Made by a program: the position numbers and the translations under genes. The notes beneath the pieces were generated by a model. The model was not told where the DNA came from, did no database searches, and was given only the letters and a program-made list of their open reading frames with translations. Source: Octopus sinensis (lineage: Eukaryota). Taken from it: a DNA stretch of 64,000 nucleotides. Location: the NCBI RefSeq assembly GCF_006345805.1, contig NC_042999.1, positions 151,714,001 to 151,778,000 on the forward strand, read 5' to 3'. Shown here piece by piece: positions 34,661 to 47,305 of this stretch (position 1 is the stretch's first letter; every line of letters begins with the position of its first letter).

Positions 34661-35487
34661 TAAATAATATAAATAAAACAAGACTTTTTAAAATAAGATA
34701 TTTAAAAATTTTATTCTGATTAGGCATGAAAACTAGTTTCATAGGGTGTTATCCCCAAATACTAAATTGGAAGCTATTATCATGTAAAAAGTAATAATAA
34801 CAAAATAATGATAAATCAAAATTGTGAGATAAAAAAAATTATAAAAGGTTTCTCCTTGTGAAGTGTGTGATCTTTACCAAAATCAAATCTTAGTTAAAAT
34901 GGAATTAGAACCAATATATAAAATTGACCTTTCAAATATATATCTTTTGGATATTATGGATGGTGCCAAATTTTCTGAAAACTAATCTTTCTCTCTCTAC
35001 CCTGCAGATCATAGGCAAGTTCTAAGTAGATAGCAAATGTCAGAAGTTCTACGGTGGTTCCTGTTGATGTTATCGGTAGTAAATGGCAATTCAATGATTT
35101 ACTGAAATGTCACATTTGAGTAGAATATCTCTTTTATGGTAATAATTACATCAAATAATTTGGTAAATAGAAGAAACTTAGAAGAAATATTATGCTGTCA
35201 TCTTGCTGGCATAGGTATTTGGAAAGCATTACCATCATTGATTTAATATCTGCTTCTCTATGAGCTTATCTAACAGCATATTATCGGTTAGGTCTAACAT
35301 AATTATATTTTATCCCCAATTACTTTTTTATATAGTTTAACTCTGTTTTCATAGAGAGAAGAAATTGAAATATGTAATTCAAGTCCATAAACAAAAGAAA
35401 TTTATTGTTGTTGTTGTTGTTCTGGAGCTTCAAATAACTCGGTTTGAATATGAAGGAGGTTGTAAATATATGGTAAATCACGACTGC

Positions 35488-35807
35488 TGAGACCCCCTCC
35501 GGTCATGACTAACCATGGGATTACACCTAGAAAGTTACCATCCCAGACACAAAACCGGGCTAGGTTGTTTATGGGAGACCAGCAGTTGCCCATGCATACC
35601 AGCCTCCCCTTTCCATGCCCCTAGTGTTATCCAAGGGAAAGGCAAAGGGGCCGATACAGCTTAGCACCAGTGATGTCGCAACTCATTTCTACAGCTGAGT
35701 GAACTGGAGCAACGTGAAATAAAGTATCTTGCTCAAGAACACAACACGCAGCCTGGTCCGGGATTCGAACTCACAACCTCACGATTGCAAGCTCGATGCT
35801 CTAACCA
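35488..35807 (-). mobile_element. SINE: CORE-like head plus 'E' tail
   Basis: Head GGATTCGAACTCACAACCTCACG, CTGGAGCAACGTGAAATAAAGTATCTTGCTCAAGAACACAACAC; tail CCATGGGATTACACCTAGAAAGTTACC; second copy at 61584-61919. Confidence 0.8.
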
Positions 35808-38208
35808 TAGGTGTGAACAATGACAATATAGGTGTGAACAATGACAATATAGGTGTGAACATTGACATTTAACAGGTTTGTGCTGGTGCCACATAAAGAA
35901 TACCCGGTTCACTCAGTAAAGTGGCTGGCGTTAGGGAGGGCATCCAGCCATAGAAAACCATGTCAGAGCAGACAATTGGAGCCTAGTTCCACCCTCTAGG
36001 TTGCCAACTCTTGCCAAACTGTCCAACCCATGCCAGCATGGAAGATGGATGTTAAATGAAATTGGCAGGGTATGCAGAATGACAACTGAGGGTGGGTGAG
36101 GAATTACATCTCCCCTTTTCCCAATCTCCATCTCACAGATCTAAACATATTCTTTGTTCCCGAAACCCTTTCCCATCTCTGTTTGAGGCAGTTTTTTTTA
36201 GACGGATGCCCTTCATGACACCAACAAAATCACCTCTCATAAAATGTAGAGACACAGTGTACCTATTCTGAAAATCAGGCAAATGTTTAACAAATACTTG
36301 CAAGTAAGTTTTTTTTATTGGATTTGAGTATCATTGGTATTGCTAGACATAAATAACTGATGCAAACTGGATTAAAAGATTCATACACATCAATACACAA
36401 CCATATCAATACATTCAAAGACATTATAAAATCCTTTGCAGTTTAAAATTTCTGAAACTTTACTTCTATATATGGCAGATTTAATCTACAAAGAACATTT
36501 ACAGTTCTGATGTATATGTTTACACACGTTGTTCTGAGTTCAAATTCTGCTGTGTTCGATTTTGTCTTTCATCCTTTCAGGGTCGATAAAATGAGTACCA
36601 GTGAAACACTGGGGTCGATGTAATTGACTAGTTCCCCTACCCTAAATTTCAAGCCTTGTGCCTATAGTAGATATATATATATATATACAGCAGGAGTGGC
36701 TGTGTGGTAAGTATTGTGTTTAGTATTTGATTCTTTGGAGGAATGAAAAGTAAAATTGAACCTTTATGAGATTTGAACTTAGAACATAACTACTTCAAGC
36801 AGTTTGTCTAATACTCTATCAATTCTGCCATTTTGTCATCTGTTGGTTTCAACACCCACATCAAAAAGTTAAACTAAACAGAATCTCTACCCAGATCATA
36901 AATATCAGTTTAATATTTCTTGTTATGGGAGGCTTTCTGTAGGCGAACAGCAACAGTCAAATACTAAACGTGAAACTTGCCTGTAGCCAAATGGGGATTG
37001 GTGATAAAAGTGATAGAAACACATGTATCAGAACTTAAAGAGATCAAAGCAGGAATCTCTATGTATGCTTATGCCCTGATGTGTTACGTAGACAGAAGGA
37101 ATTAATGTCACCCTAATGGTGCAATGTACATTCAGGAAATAACGACAATGGTATTGACTTAACACTGATACCCTTGTCTTTCACATGCTTACCATTCACA
37201 GAGAAGAAACTCTATATGGTTCTATGCACACTATATCCCTTTCTTGATGCTACAAATTTGACACTGTTCTGAGAAATATGTCTTCTATTTTGAAGGAATT
37301 GAGAACATATGGAATGGACTGGGCTAAAAACAAACAACATATTCCTTCTGGGAGATTTTTCTTCTTCTTAAACTGAAATAACAAGAAAGTAATTGTTTTG
37401 ACTTGAAATTTGCTGCAAAAACAAAGTCAAACGGAATCTCTTCTTGAAATCTCCAAAGATTTATTTGTGTAACAATTTTTGTCTTTCCACAAATAGTGAT
37501 AACAATGAATGAGATCTCATTTACAGAAATAATTTAACCTCATTCATTACACACACACACATACATGCATGCACACACACACATGCATGCACATGTGCAA
37601 TACATACCCACTCATGCATGCATGCATGCACTGACACACACGTGCATGTGTACACACACACATGCTCACACATACACACATACATACATGCATACATACA
37701 TACATATATGCATGCACGCACACATGCATGCTTGCACACACAGACACACACGTGCAGGTGCACACACGCATACTCCCACATACATACATACATACATGCA
37801 CACACACACATAAACACACACACACACACACGCATATCAGTATTGGCACTCTTGAAACAGCAGAGATCAAAATCCTACAACTGTCCTACATTTGTGTTTA
37901 CATAAACGTGCTATTAATGATATACATATCTTTATACATACATATCTTTATACATACATATTGTGTGTATAAAAAAACTGAAGGGCTGGTTCATAAATTA
38001 TTCAATTACGTCATCATAGACATGTTTTCATGATAATAGTCAGCAATATGACACAATAATCCATTATGAATGTTAAAGAAGGGCATCTAGCCGTAAAGAC
38101 CATGCCAAAACAGACACAGTAGCCTGGTGTAGTCTTCTACCTGGGTGGCTCGTGTCAAACAGTTCAACCCATATCACCATGGAAGATGAACATTAAATGA
38201 TGATGATG

Positions 38209-38240
<32 letters not shown>

Positions 38241-39147
38241 GTATGTATATAAGTCATAAGTCTTCGCTATAGGGACTGGTAACCACTATAAGCTGTAGGC
38301 TGACCAAAGGATTTTATTTTTGATATATCTGGGGTACTTATATGTACTCATGATTTTTGCTTTGGCTTTTTTCCATGGGGGCATGTAAGTATCTTTTCAT
38401 ATTTTCTACTGATAGGAAAAAATCTATTATGAGATTAATTCCGAAATTGTTTCAATATAGAAATAACGAACTTTTTAAAAAAATTCTATTGGCTGGCTTT
38501 CCTCGATTTCAGCTTTTCGGGTTTTCTGTAGCGAGTAAATAATATGTGGAAATTGACGATTTAAAAGTCTGTTGTCAGCATATTGGCATAGAAATAATTT
38601 TCTTTAGCCCTTATTTATAAGTTGTATATATATATGTCCAGCCCATCTATATGTATATATATTCATTCATATATTTATTGATACACACAAAATATATTTG
38701 AGTGAATGTGTGTGTGCGTGCATGTGTATGTGTGTGTCTGTGTACCCTTATTCTGGCATTACGTGATGGTTGTGAATGAACATCACTGTCATACCAGCAA
38801 TGTTGTTCATTTTCAGTTTTCTGTGGAAAAACATTTTTGGTTATGGGAAATGTCACATCGCTTGGAAACAAATCAAGGTTAGTGACAGGAAGAGCATCAT
38901 CTGGCTGTAGAAAATCCTCCTCAACAATTTCCATTCGACCCATGCAAGCACAGAAAAGTGGACATTAAATGATATTGATGACAAACGTGACTGTGCGGTA
39001 AGAAGCTTGCTTCCCAACTAGATGATTACAGGTTCAGTCTCTCTGTGTGGCACCTTGGGCAAGTGTTATCTGTGATAGCCTCATGAGTGTATTTGGTAGA
39101 CAGAAACCGAAAGAAGCCCATTGTATATACATATACATATACATATA

Positions 39148-39544
39148 CAGGAGTGGCTGTGTGGTAAGTAGCTTGCTTACCAACCACATGGTTCTGGGTT
39201 CAGTCCCACTGCATGGCATCTTGGGCAAGTGTCTTCTGCTATAGCCTCGGGCCGACCAATGCCTTGTGAGTGGATTTGGTTGACGGAAACTGAAAGAAGC
39301 CTGTCGTATATATGTATATATATGTATGTGTGTGTGTGTGTTTGTCCCCCTAGCATTGCTTGACAACCGATGCTGGTGTGGTTACGTCCCCGTCACTTAG
39401 CTGTTCGGCAAAAAGAGACCGATAGAATAAGTACTGGGCCTACAAAGAATAAGTCCCGGGGTCGATTTGATCGACTAAAGGTGGTGCTCCAGCATGGCCG
39501 CAGTCAAATGACTGAAACAAGTAAAAGAGTAAAAGAGTAAAGAG

Positions 39545-39545
<1 letters not shown>
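39148..39545 (+). mobile_element. Young full-length family C SINE
   Basis: AGGAGTGGCTGTGTGGTAAGTAGCTTGCTTACCAACCAC...AGTCAAATGACTGAAACAAGTAAAAGAGTAAAAGAG; CpGs largely retained; flanked by TA-rich tracts. Confidence 0.9.
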
Positions 39546-39589
<44 letters not shown>

Positions 39590-39592
<3 letters not shown>

Positions 39593-39898
39593 GATAAACG
39601 TCACCCTTTTCAAGCCGAGCCAGGTTCATGGGCCCAGTTTCCTGGTTTCTTTGGTGTATGTGTTCCCCCAGCTGGATGGGATGCCAGTCCATCGCAGCAT
39701 TACTCAAGAAACAGGAAGTGAGAGTGAGAGAAAGTTGTGGCGAAAGAGTACTACAAGGTTCGCCACCATCTCCTGCCAGAGCCTCGTGGAGCTTTTAGGT
39801 GTTTTCGCTCAATAAGCACACACAACACTCGGTCTGGGAATCGAAACCATGATCCTCCGACTGCGAGTCCGCTGCCCTAACCACAGGGCCATTGCGCC
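39590..39898 (-). mobile_element. SINE: 'D' head plus 'F' tail
   Basis: Head/body matches 16309-16500 in reverse (GCCTCGTGGAGCTTTTAGGTGTTTTCGCTC); tail CAGCTGGATGGGATGCCAGTCCATCGCAGC. Confidence 0.8.
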
Positions 39899-39899
39899 T

Positions 39900-40142
39900 T
39901 TGAGCCATTGAGCCCAGTCAAGCTCATGGGCCCGGTTTCCCAGTTTCTATGTCGTACATGTTCCCCAGCTGGATGGGATGCCAGTCTATCGTAGTGTTAC
40001 TCATTTTTGCCAGCTGAGTGGACTGGAGCAACATGAAATGAAGTGTTTTGCTCAAGAACACAATGTGTTTTCTGGTCCAGGAATCGAAACCACAATCTTA
40101 CGATCATGGTGCTAACACCCTAACCACTAAGCCACGTTTCTC
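39900..40142 (-). mobile_element. SINE: CORE-like head plus 'F' tail
   Basis: Same F tail (CCCCAGCTGGATGGGATGCCAGTC) joined to GCTGAGTGGACTGGAGCAACATGAAATGAAGTGTTTTGCTCAAGAACAC. Confidence 0.75.
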
Positions 40143-40145
40143 CAT

Positions 40146-40178
<33 letters not shown>

Positions 40179-40677
40179 AATATTTTTGAGTGAGTTTTTG
40201 TGTTTGTCCTCCACTATCGCTTGACAACTGATGTTAACTGATGTCAATGTGTTTACGTTCCTGAAACTTAGCAGTTCAACAAAAGAACACAGTAAGTAGT
40301 ATCAACTAAAAAGCCCTTTATGATGGTGCTCCAGCATGGCTGCAGTCAAATGACTGAAACCAGTAAAAGAATGAAGGAAAGTTACATTTATGAATATGTG
40401 TTGTAAGATTCCTGATGTGAAGTTGTGTATTGAAACGGATGTATTTTGGGATGGTCATGTTTTATTTTTTAAAATTTTTTGCCAAATAAACACCTGCACT
40501 AAATATTTGTTCTTCACTCATTTATTACTGCTCTTATTTTAACCCGGTGTCCATTGTCCGGAAATCTTTCATCATACATCTGTGACCTCTTCGGTGGACA
40601 CTTTTCATTTTTGGGTGTGCTCTTCCTCCACTTACTCCATTCTCAATAAAAGAAAGAATATATAAATATATCATCAT

Positions 40678-41040
40678 CATCATTATCATCATCACATCGT
40701 TTAACATCTGCTCTCCATGCTGGCATGGTTTGGACAATTTGACTGAGGACTAGCGAACCAGATGGCTGCAACAGGCTCCAATTTGATCTGGCAGAGTGTC
40801 TACAGCTGGATGCCCTTCCTAATGCCAACCACTCCAAGAGTATAGTGGGTGCTTTTATGTGCCACCAGTATGAGGGCCATTCAGGCAGTACTGGCAACAG
40901 CCATGCTCAAATGGTGTTTTTTTACGTGCCACCTGCACAGGAACCAGTCCAGCAGCGCTGGCAACGATCTCACTCGGATGGTGCTCTTATCGCTCCACTA
41001 GCACGGATTCCAGACATCGAATTTGATTTCGATTTTGATA
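40678..41040 (-). mobile_element. 5'-truncated RTE 3' end
   Basis: (CAT)n tail, CTGGATGCCCTTCCTAATGCCAACCACTC, hairpin units, ends at ATCGAATTTGATTTCGATTTTGAT. Confidence 0.85.
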
Positions 41041-41054
41041 TATAATTATTTCTT

Positions 41055-41290
41055 TATTTCTTTATTGCCCACAGAGGGCTAAACATAGAGGGGATGAACA
41101 ATGACAGACAAAGGGATAAAGTTGATTACATCGACCCCAGTGCGTAACTTGTATTTATTTAATTGATGCCGAAAAGATGAAAGGCAAAATCGACTGCGGT
41201 GGAATTTGAACTCAGAATGTAACGGCAGATGAAATATCGCTAAGCATTTTGCCTGGCATTCTATTGATTCTGCCAGCTCGCTGCCCTTAT
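41055..41290 (-). mobile_element. Family B SINE (B2 tail)
   Basis: TTTATTGCCCACAGAGGGCTAAACATAGAGGGG...GAATTTGAACTCAGAATGTAACGGCAG...TCTGCCAGCTCGCTGCC. Confidence 0.85.
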
Positions 41291-41601
41291 CAATATATAT
41301 ATACTGACAAGACAACCACACAAGTGCTGGTGCCATGAAAAATGAACCCAGTACACTCTGTAAAGTGGTTGCTATTTGGAAGGGCATTTAACCATAGAGA
41401 CCATGTCCAAAATGAGATACATTTGAGCAAGACATGGTTCTCTGACCCATTGAACTCTGTCAAACTGTCCTATCCTTAGCAACATGAAAAACATGTAAAA
41501 TTATGTAGATATAGCCCCCATTTACAAGCTGTCTAACTTTGCAATTTTTTCTTTTTACATTTTTGCTTTTCTCAATCGCTATCATTATTTTAAAATCTTA
41601 A

Positions 41602-41830
41602 GGTGGCGAGCTGGCAGAAATGTTAGCAAGCCAGGTGAAATGCTTAGTGGTGTTTTGTCTGCCATTACGTTCTGATTTCAAATTCCACCAAGGTCAACTT
41701 TGCATTTCATCCCTTCGGGGTCGTTTAAATAAGTACTAGTTATGCACTGGTGTCGATGTAATCGATTTAATCCCTTTGTCTGTCCTTGTTTGTCCCCTCT
41801 ATGTTTAGCACTATGTGGACAATAAAGAAA
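41602..41830 (+). mobile_element. Family B SINE (B2 tail), inverted relative to 41055-41290
   Basis: GGTGGCGAGCTGGCAGAAATGTTAGC...TGTCCTTGTTTGTCCCCTCTATGTTTAGC..GGACAATAAAGAAAT. Confidence 0.85.
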
Positions 41831-41879
41831 TAATTATTTTAAAATCTTTGACTTTCCATGAAAACCAAAATCTTTATCT

Positions 41880-41898
41880 TTCTTCCACTCCCTTTCTT

Positions 41899-41930
<32 letters not shown>

Positions 41931-42570
41931 CTCACTCTCTCTTTCACATCCACGCATACACATGTATGCATATACACATACACATATGCACACACAATAT
42001 CGGTCTTTCTTTCTTGGTCTCTGTCTTATTGTCTCTGCCTTTTGATCTGTATTTCTCTCCTCCAGCTTTCCCCACCCCCAGCTTCCTTGCCAACTCTCTC
42101 ATTTTATCCCTCCACCCCCATCTCTCTTTTATATTTATCTTTTTCATTTGCTTTCTCTTTGTCTCTCTGAATCCCTTCACTTTCAGTTCACCATCTCTAT
42201 CTCTCACTCTCACTAATTATCTTATCTCCCTTCCTCACTCTCACCACCCCCACTCTCTTTCCTTCGTCTCTCTTTCTCTCTCTCCGTTTCTCTTTTCCTG
42301 TTTCTGTCTGATTGGCTTTCTTCTTTTTTCCACTTTCCTCTCTTTTATTCATCCTCTCTCATCTCTCTCTTTACTCTCTCCTCTTTCTCCCCTCACTCTC
42401 TCTCTCTCCCTTCACTGTCTCTCCTCTCTCATCTCTCTCCCTTCACTGTCTCTCCTCTCTCTTCCCTTTCCCTCTCTCTCTCTCTCTCCTATCCCTCTCC
42501 CTTCTCTCTCTCTCTCTCCATCCTTTCTTCCTGCCCTCCTATATAATCAGTATTCCTATCTCCTCTCTTA
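41880..42570. repeat. CT-rich polypyrimidine low-complexity tract
   Basis: Direct reading; ORFs 41858-42571 etc. are Leu/Ser artefacts. Confidence 0.85.
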
Positions 42571-42897
42571 ATGTTACTCCTTTCAAAGCGTCTCTGAACT
42601 TTGGAGTATATTTGTTTATTGTTGAAATTTTATAAAATGAATATTGATTTTATTACTGGATGTAGAAGTCATATTGGTAAAATGGAATATTAAAAAAAAC
42701 ACCAAACCAAGAGAAAAATATCAAAATAACACTGTGTAAACAAACTGTAACTAGAAACCTAAGATTAAAGGAATCTATAGATTCTTTGAGTGTGTGTGTA
42801 TTTGTGTGTGTGTGTGTGTGTGCGCGTATGCGCTTTTATTTTATATAATACAAAGAGTTTGAATCAAATCAATGCTGCTTGGCCTGTTTGTACTTAC

Positions 42898-42948
42898 CTG
42901 TTGCCATAAAGGAGAATATTGTTATAAATGGTTAAAATCTAATGAAGC
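42898..42948 (-). other. Candidate 51-nt exon with consensus splice sites but stops in all frames
   Basis: Minus strand: ctggtcttcaatttttcag|GCTTCATTAGATTTTAACCATTTATAACAATATTCTCCTTTATGGCAACAG|gtaagt. Confidence 0.35.
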
Positions 42949-45931
42949 CTGAAAAATTGAAGACCAGTACGTATTGAGATTACAAACGCCCCTCCATACA
43001 CACACGTGTGTGTGTGTATATGTGTGTGTATGTGCGTGCTTGTATCAAGAGAGAGAGAGAGAGCACACAGGTATGCTACTTGTGTGATTCATTCTACAGC
43101 CATATAGCTTCAGGTTCCGTACAACCGCACAGCACCTAGGGCAAGTGTCTTCCACTGTAGCCTTGGGCTGATCGATGCCTTGTGAGTGAATTTCATAGAT
43201 GGAAATTGTATGGAAATCCATTGTGTGTGTATTGGTGTTATGAAGGGCATCCAACCGTAAAAAAAAAATGTGCCAAAACAGACAGATGTCTGCTGTGGTC
43301 TTCTGCCTGGTCAGCTCCTGTCAAACCATCTAACCCATGCCAGCATGGGTTAAATGATGATGATGATGATATTTATATGTGTGTCTGTGTTTTGTGGTTC
43401 TCACCTACTCCATGACAACCAGTATTAGTTTGTTTACATCCCCATGAATTAGCCAGCAAATAGGGTGGACAGAATAGGTACCAATAAAAACAAAACAAAA
43501 ATACTGGAATCAATGTCTTTGACTAAACCCTTCATGGCCCTAGCATGGCCACACTCTGATTACCGAATAAAAGAGTATATGTAAATTTTAAATAACAACA
43601 ATAAAAAAAATGTCATACTTTGCATTTTGCTTCCGATATTGGATGTCATGTTTGGTCTTGTGATCAGAAATATGAATATGTTTTGTATGTGTGTGCATGC
43701 ACGTTTGTGTGTGTGAGTGTGTGTCTGTGTGTGTGTGTTTGTGTTTATATTTGAATGTGTGTGACTTGTTTGTTCATATCTGACTTGCGAATACAATTTT
43801 GTGCTAAATGCTGCAGTGCTAAGGAAGATTTCCTTAATCTAAGTCTGTGATTCCTCCTTTGCATTCATGCTTGTAGCTGTTTCACTTGAGTTATTTTGCT
43901 AATACCCCTGGGAAAAGCAGGAAAGACATGCAATCCTGTTTCCTTTTGCTCGTAAACCTGATGCCTTACGTATGAAACTAATTCTACTATCTTATGATTA
44001 ATATATATAATATTTCATATATTGATCTATGCGTCTATATGTGTAGGTAATATGTGTTTATGTCTGTAGGTGCAGGTGTGGTTGTGTGTTAAGAAGTTTG
44101 TTTCCCAACCACATGGTTTTGGGTTCAGTCCCACTGTGTGGCACCTTATGTAGGCATCTTCTGTAGCCTCAGGCTGAGCAAAGTCTTGTGAGAGGATTTG
44201 GTAGATGGAAACTATAAGAAGCCCGTCATATGTGAAAGTGTGTGTGTGTTTGTGAGATCATCATTTAATGTCCTTTCTTCATGCAGGCGTGGATTGGATG
44301 GTTTGACAGGAGCTGACAAGAGGAGTGTATATATCTGTGTGATTTTGTGTCACTTTGTGTGGTTGCTGTAAATGAATATTATTCATTTTCAATATCCTAG
44401 AAAATGTGTCTGGTCCTAGGAAATAATATTTTGCTTGGAAACAGGTAAAGGTTGGTGACATGAAGGGCATCAAGCCATAAAAATCTGCCTCAATAATCTG
44501 CACCCAACCCATACATGCATGGAAAAAGTGGTTAAAATGATGAAGAAGAAAATGATGATGATGATGATGATGACGACGATGACGATGATGATGTATGTGT
44601 TTGTGTGTATGTTTGCAAGTATGTATATATGTGTGTGTAAGAATGTATGTGTAAATGAATGAATGAGAGAATGAATAATATACATTCTTCACAGAATTCA
44701 GTCCAGTCATTAACACAGTAACAGGGCTCTTTTGTTAAAATCAAGATAGCTGCTGGGGTTTGGGTATATGTGGGTGAATTAGTGTGTGCATACACGTGTG
44801 TGCAAGTATGCATATACTTTCACTCATGTAATGAGTGTGCATGTCTCTTTAGTCCTCAAGTATATTACTCTTTATAAATGCGTGCATATGTGTTTGTGAT
44901 ATGCACATCTGGTTGTGTGCATTTGTTCATTACAAGAAACTCAAATGCAATGGTTGCTTGTAGATAAAATTAGTGAGGGTGCTGCTTCAGAAAATTTTTA
45001 GCCATTGTTTTAATATTGTTTAAAAGGATCAAACATAAAAAGAAAATCTATACGTAATCTTGATCAGTTCGCGTTTTAGCCACAGCCAGGTAGTGTGTCT
45101 TATTTGTTCACTGAACACCGCTGCGAATTCCCTCTTGTTTTTCAAAAATCCCCCTTAAATCACAAAATAAAAGGGGAAAATCTATCCTATTTTTCAAATC
45201 CTGGCAGCAACATTGAAGCTAGAAGCAGGATAATAATCTAATTCTACACTTTATCACATTCAAGAAAATAAACACGTTTTTAAGCACAACACATGCCGAG
45301 TCAAAAAGAAACACTACTTTTCACCTGGTACTGTCGTTCACACAATACTCTCTCTCCCTAGTATAAAGCTTTCTATCTCAGACATGTGAGCATGTGTACA
45401 ACAGCCAAACACCACATCGCTGGAACTGTACAGTGCACAATTCTATACAAGGATTTTTGTATTTTTTCATAAACTAGAGGATGGCTACTGACATTAAGCT
45501 TAAGAATTATATAATGTACAAATATAAAAAAAAGAATTAAAGAAAAAAGGACTTGTTATATTGAATGTTATCGATAATATTGAGTGGAAATTGGGAGTGC
45601 TGCAGTTCTGCAGTTCCTATACATGAGCCATCACTGCACAAATGGAGAATTCTTGGAATGTTTTACAAATCTTCACCGTAAAACTAATCAATCATATTTA
45701 GAGGTAAGAAACAATTATTTTCAGATGATGTACATATGTATGCATGTATTTTAGGTCACTTTTATTGCTACTGGTAACATATAAATCAGTATATGGCCTG
45801 GCTGGTGGCAACTAAACCAGTAAGGTGGTTTTCATTGGATACACTGCAGAATGTAAAAAAGGGGTTTTGAACTCAGTAGGATCAATGGCCACCTAACTAC
45901 TGGGAGTGTGAAATAACCCCAGTTTCTAGAC

Positions 45932-46175
45932 CAGTGGTTCTCAACCAGGGTCCATGTAGCCCTTAGGGGTCCATATAAGATTTTGTTGTTAAAATTTATG
46001 GTTATACTTTCACAATACGCAAAATATTTTGATTTTTTTTATATACAATTCCTAATAATATTTCATTATAAAACCACTGTCAATTTTTTTTTTTATATAT
46101 ATGGTTATAGATGTCTATTAGAATAAAAATAGGAATCAAAGGGGTCCATAGGAAAAAAATGGTTGAAAACCATTG
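45932..46175. mobile_element. hAT-superfamily MITE
   Basis: TIRs CAGTGGTTCTCAACC / GGTTGAAAACCATTG, sub-terminal GGGTCCAT at both ends; flanks TTCTAGAC and CTCTTGAA fit the NTCTAGAN target consensus. Confidence 0.75.
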
Positions 46176-46204
46176 CTCTTGAAGGAAAACTCTGATGTGA
46201 CACC

Positions 46205-46590
46205 TACAACTTCATTTGAAGACCTGTTGAACCAAGTGAGATTGCAGTCGTGGCTGATGCTATTGCCACCTCACTGACACCTGTGCTGATGGCACGTAAA
46301 AAGCACTTTTCGAGTGTGGCCAATGCCAGTGCTACTTGACTGGCTCCCATGCCAGTGGGATGTAAAAAGCACCATTTAAGTGTGTTCGATGCCAGTACTG
46401 GTGGAACGTAAAAAGCACCCACTACACTCTTGAAGTGGTTGGCATTAGGAAGGGCATCCAGCTGTAGAAACCTTGGCAGATCAGTTTGGAGCCTGGTGCA
46501 GCCTCCCAACTTGCCAGTCCTCAGTCAAACTGTCTAACCCATGCCAGTTTGGAAAACAGACATTAAACAACAATGATGATGATGATAATG
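46205..46590 (+). mobile_element. 5'-truncated RTE 3' end
   Basis: TGAAGACCTGTTGAACCAAGTGAG (3'UTR), hairpin units, GGCATTAGGAAGGGCATCCAGCTGTAGAAAC, (GAT)n tail. Confidence 0.8.
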
Positions 46591-47089
46591 TGGACTAGTC
46601 CTTTTTGAGCAAATGCATATGCTGTTCAGAGAGTGGAATTGGCCTGTGCAAGGTCTTCAGGCACAAGCATTGTTTTATTTTTAATGTTTCTATTACTATG
46701 GATACTATGGCTGGATGTTGTCAAAAACAGCAAAATACCAACTGAAAAATTCCATGATAGAATGAAGGCATGTGTTGGTATGGTTGGTAAGCTCCCTTAA
46801 AAGCTGTTACAAGAGGCACACATCACTGTCACCTCTGTGTAAAAAGGTGTAGATTCCTAGCAGGGCTGAAAAGCTACATCTGTAATGTTCATGTTTAAGC
46901 AATGGTATTGCTTGAAATCAAGTTGCAGACATCATATATGTATATGTGCATGCTTGCACATAGTTGTAATGTATGTGTGTACGTACTTATGTATGTATGT
47001 ATGTATGTATGTATGTATGTATGTATGTATGTATGTGGGTAGGTAGGTAGGTAGGTGAGTTGTGTGTGTGTGTGTGCATGCTATGAATA

Positions 47090-47305
47090 ACTTTTCTTCT
47101 CTAGTCACAAGGCCCAAAATTTTGGGGGAGGGGGCCAGTTGATTAGATCAACCCCAGTATGCAACTGGTACTAAATTTATCGACCCCGAAAGGATGAAAG
47201 GCAATGTCAACCTTGGTGGAATTTGAACTCAGAACATAAAGACAGGCGGAATACCGCTAAGCATTTCACCTGGCAGGCTAACATTTCTGCCAGCTCGCTG
47301 CCGTT
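47090..47305 (-). mobile_element. Family B SINE
   Basis: TTTTCTTCTCTAGTCACAAGGCCCAAAATTTTGGGG...TTTCTGCCAGCTCGCTGCC. Confidence 0.85.

Noticed and set aside
40500-40630. Faint mariner-like peptide on the minus strand (EEEHTQK*KVSTEEV)
   Set aside because: Too short and degenerate; no TIR or diagnostic motif.
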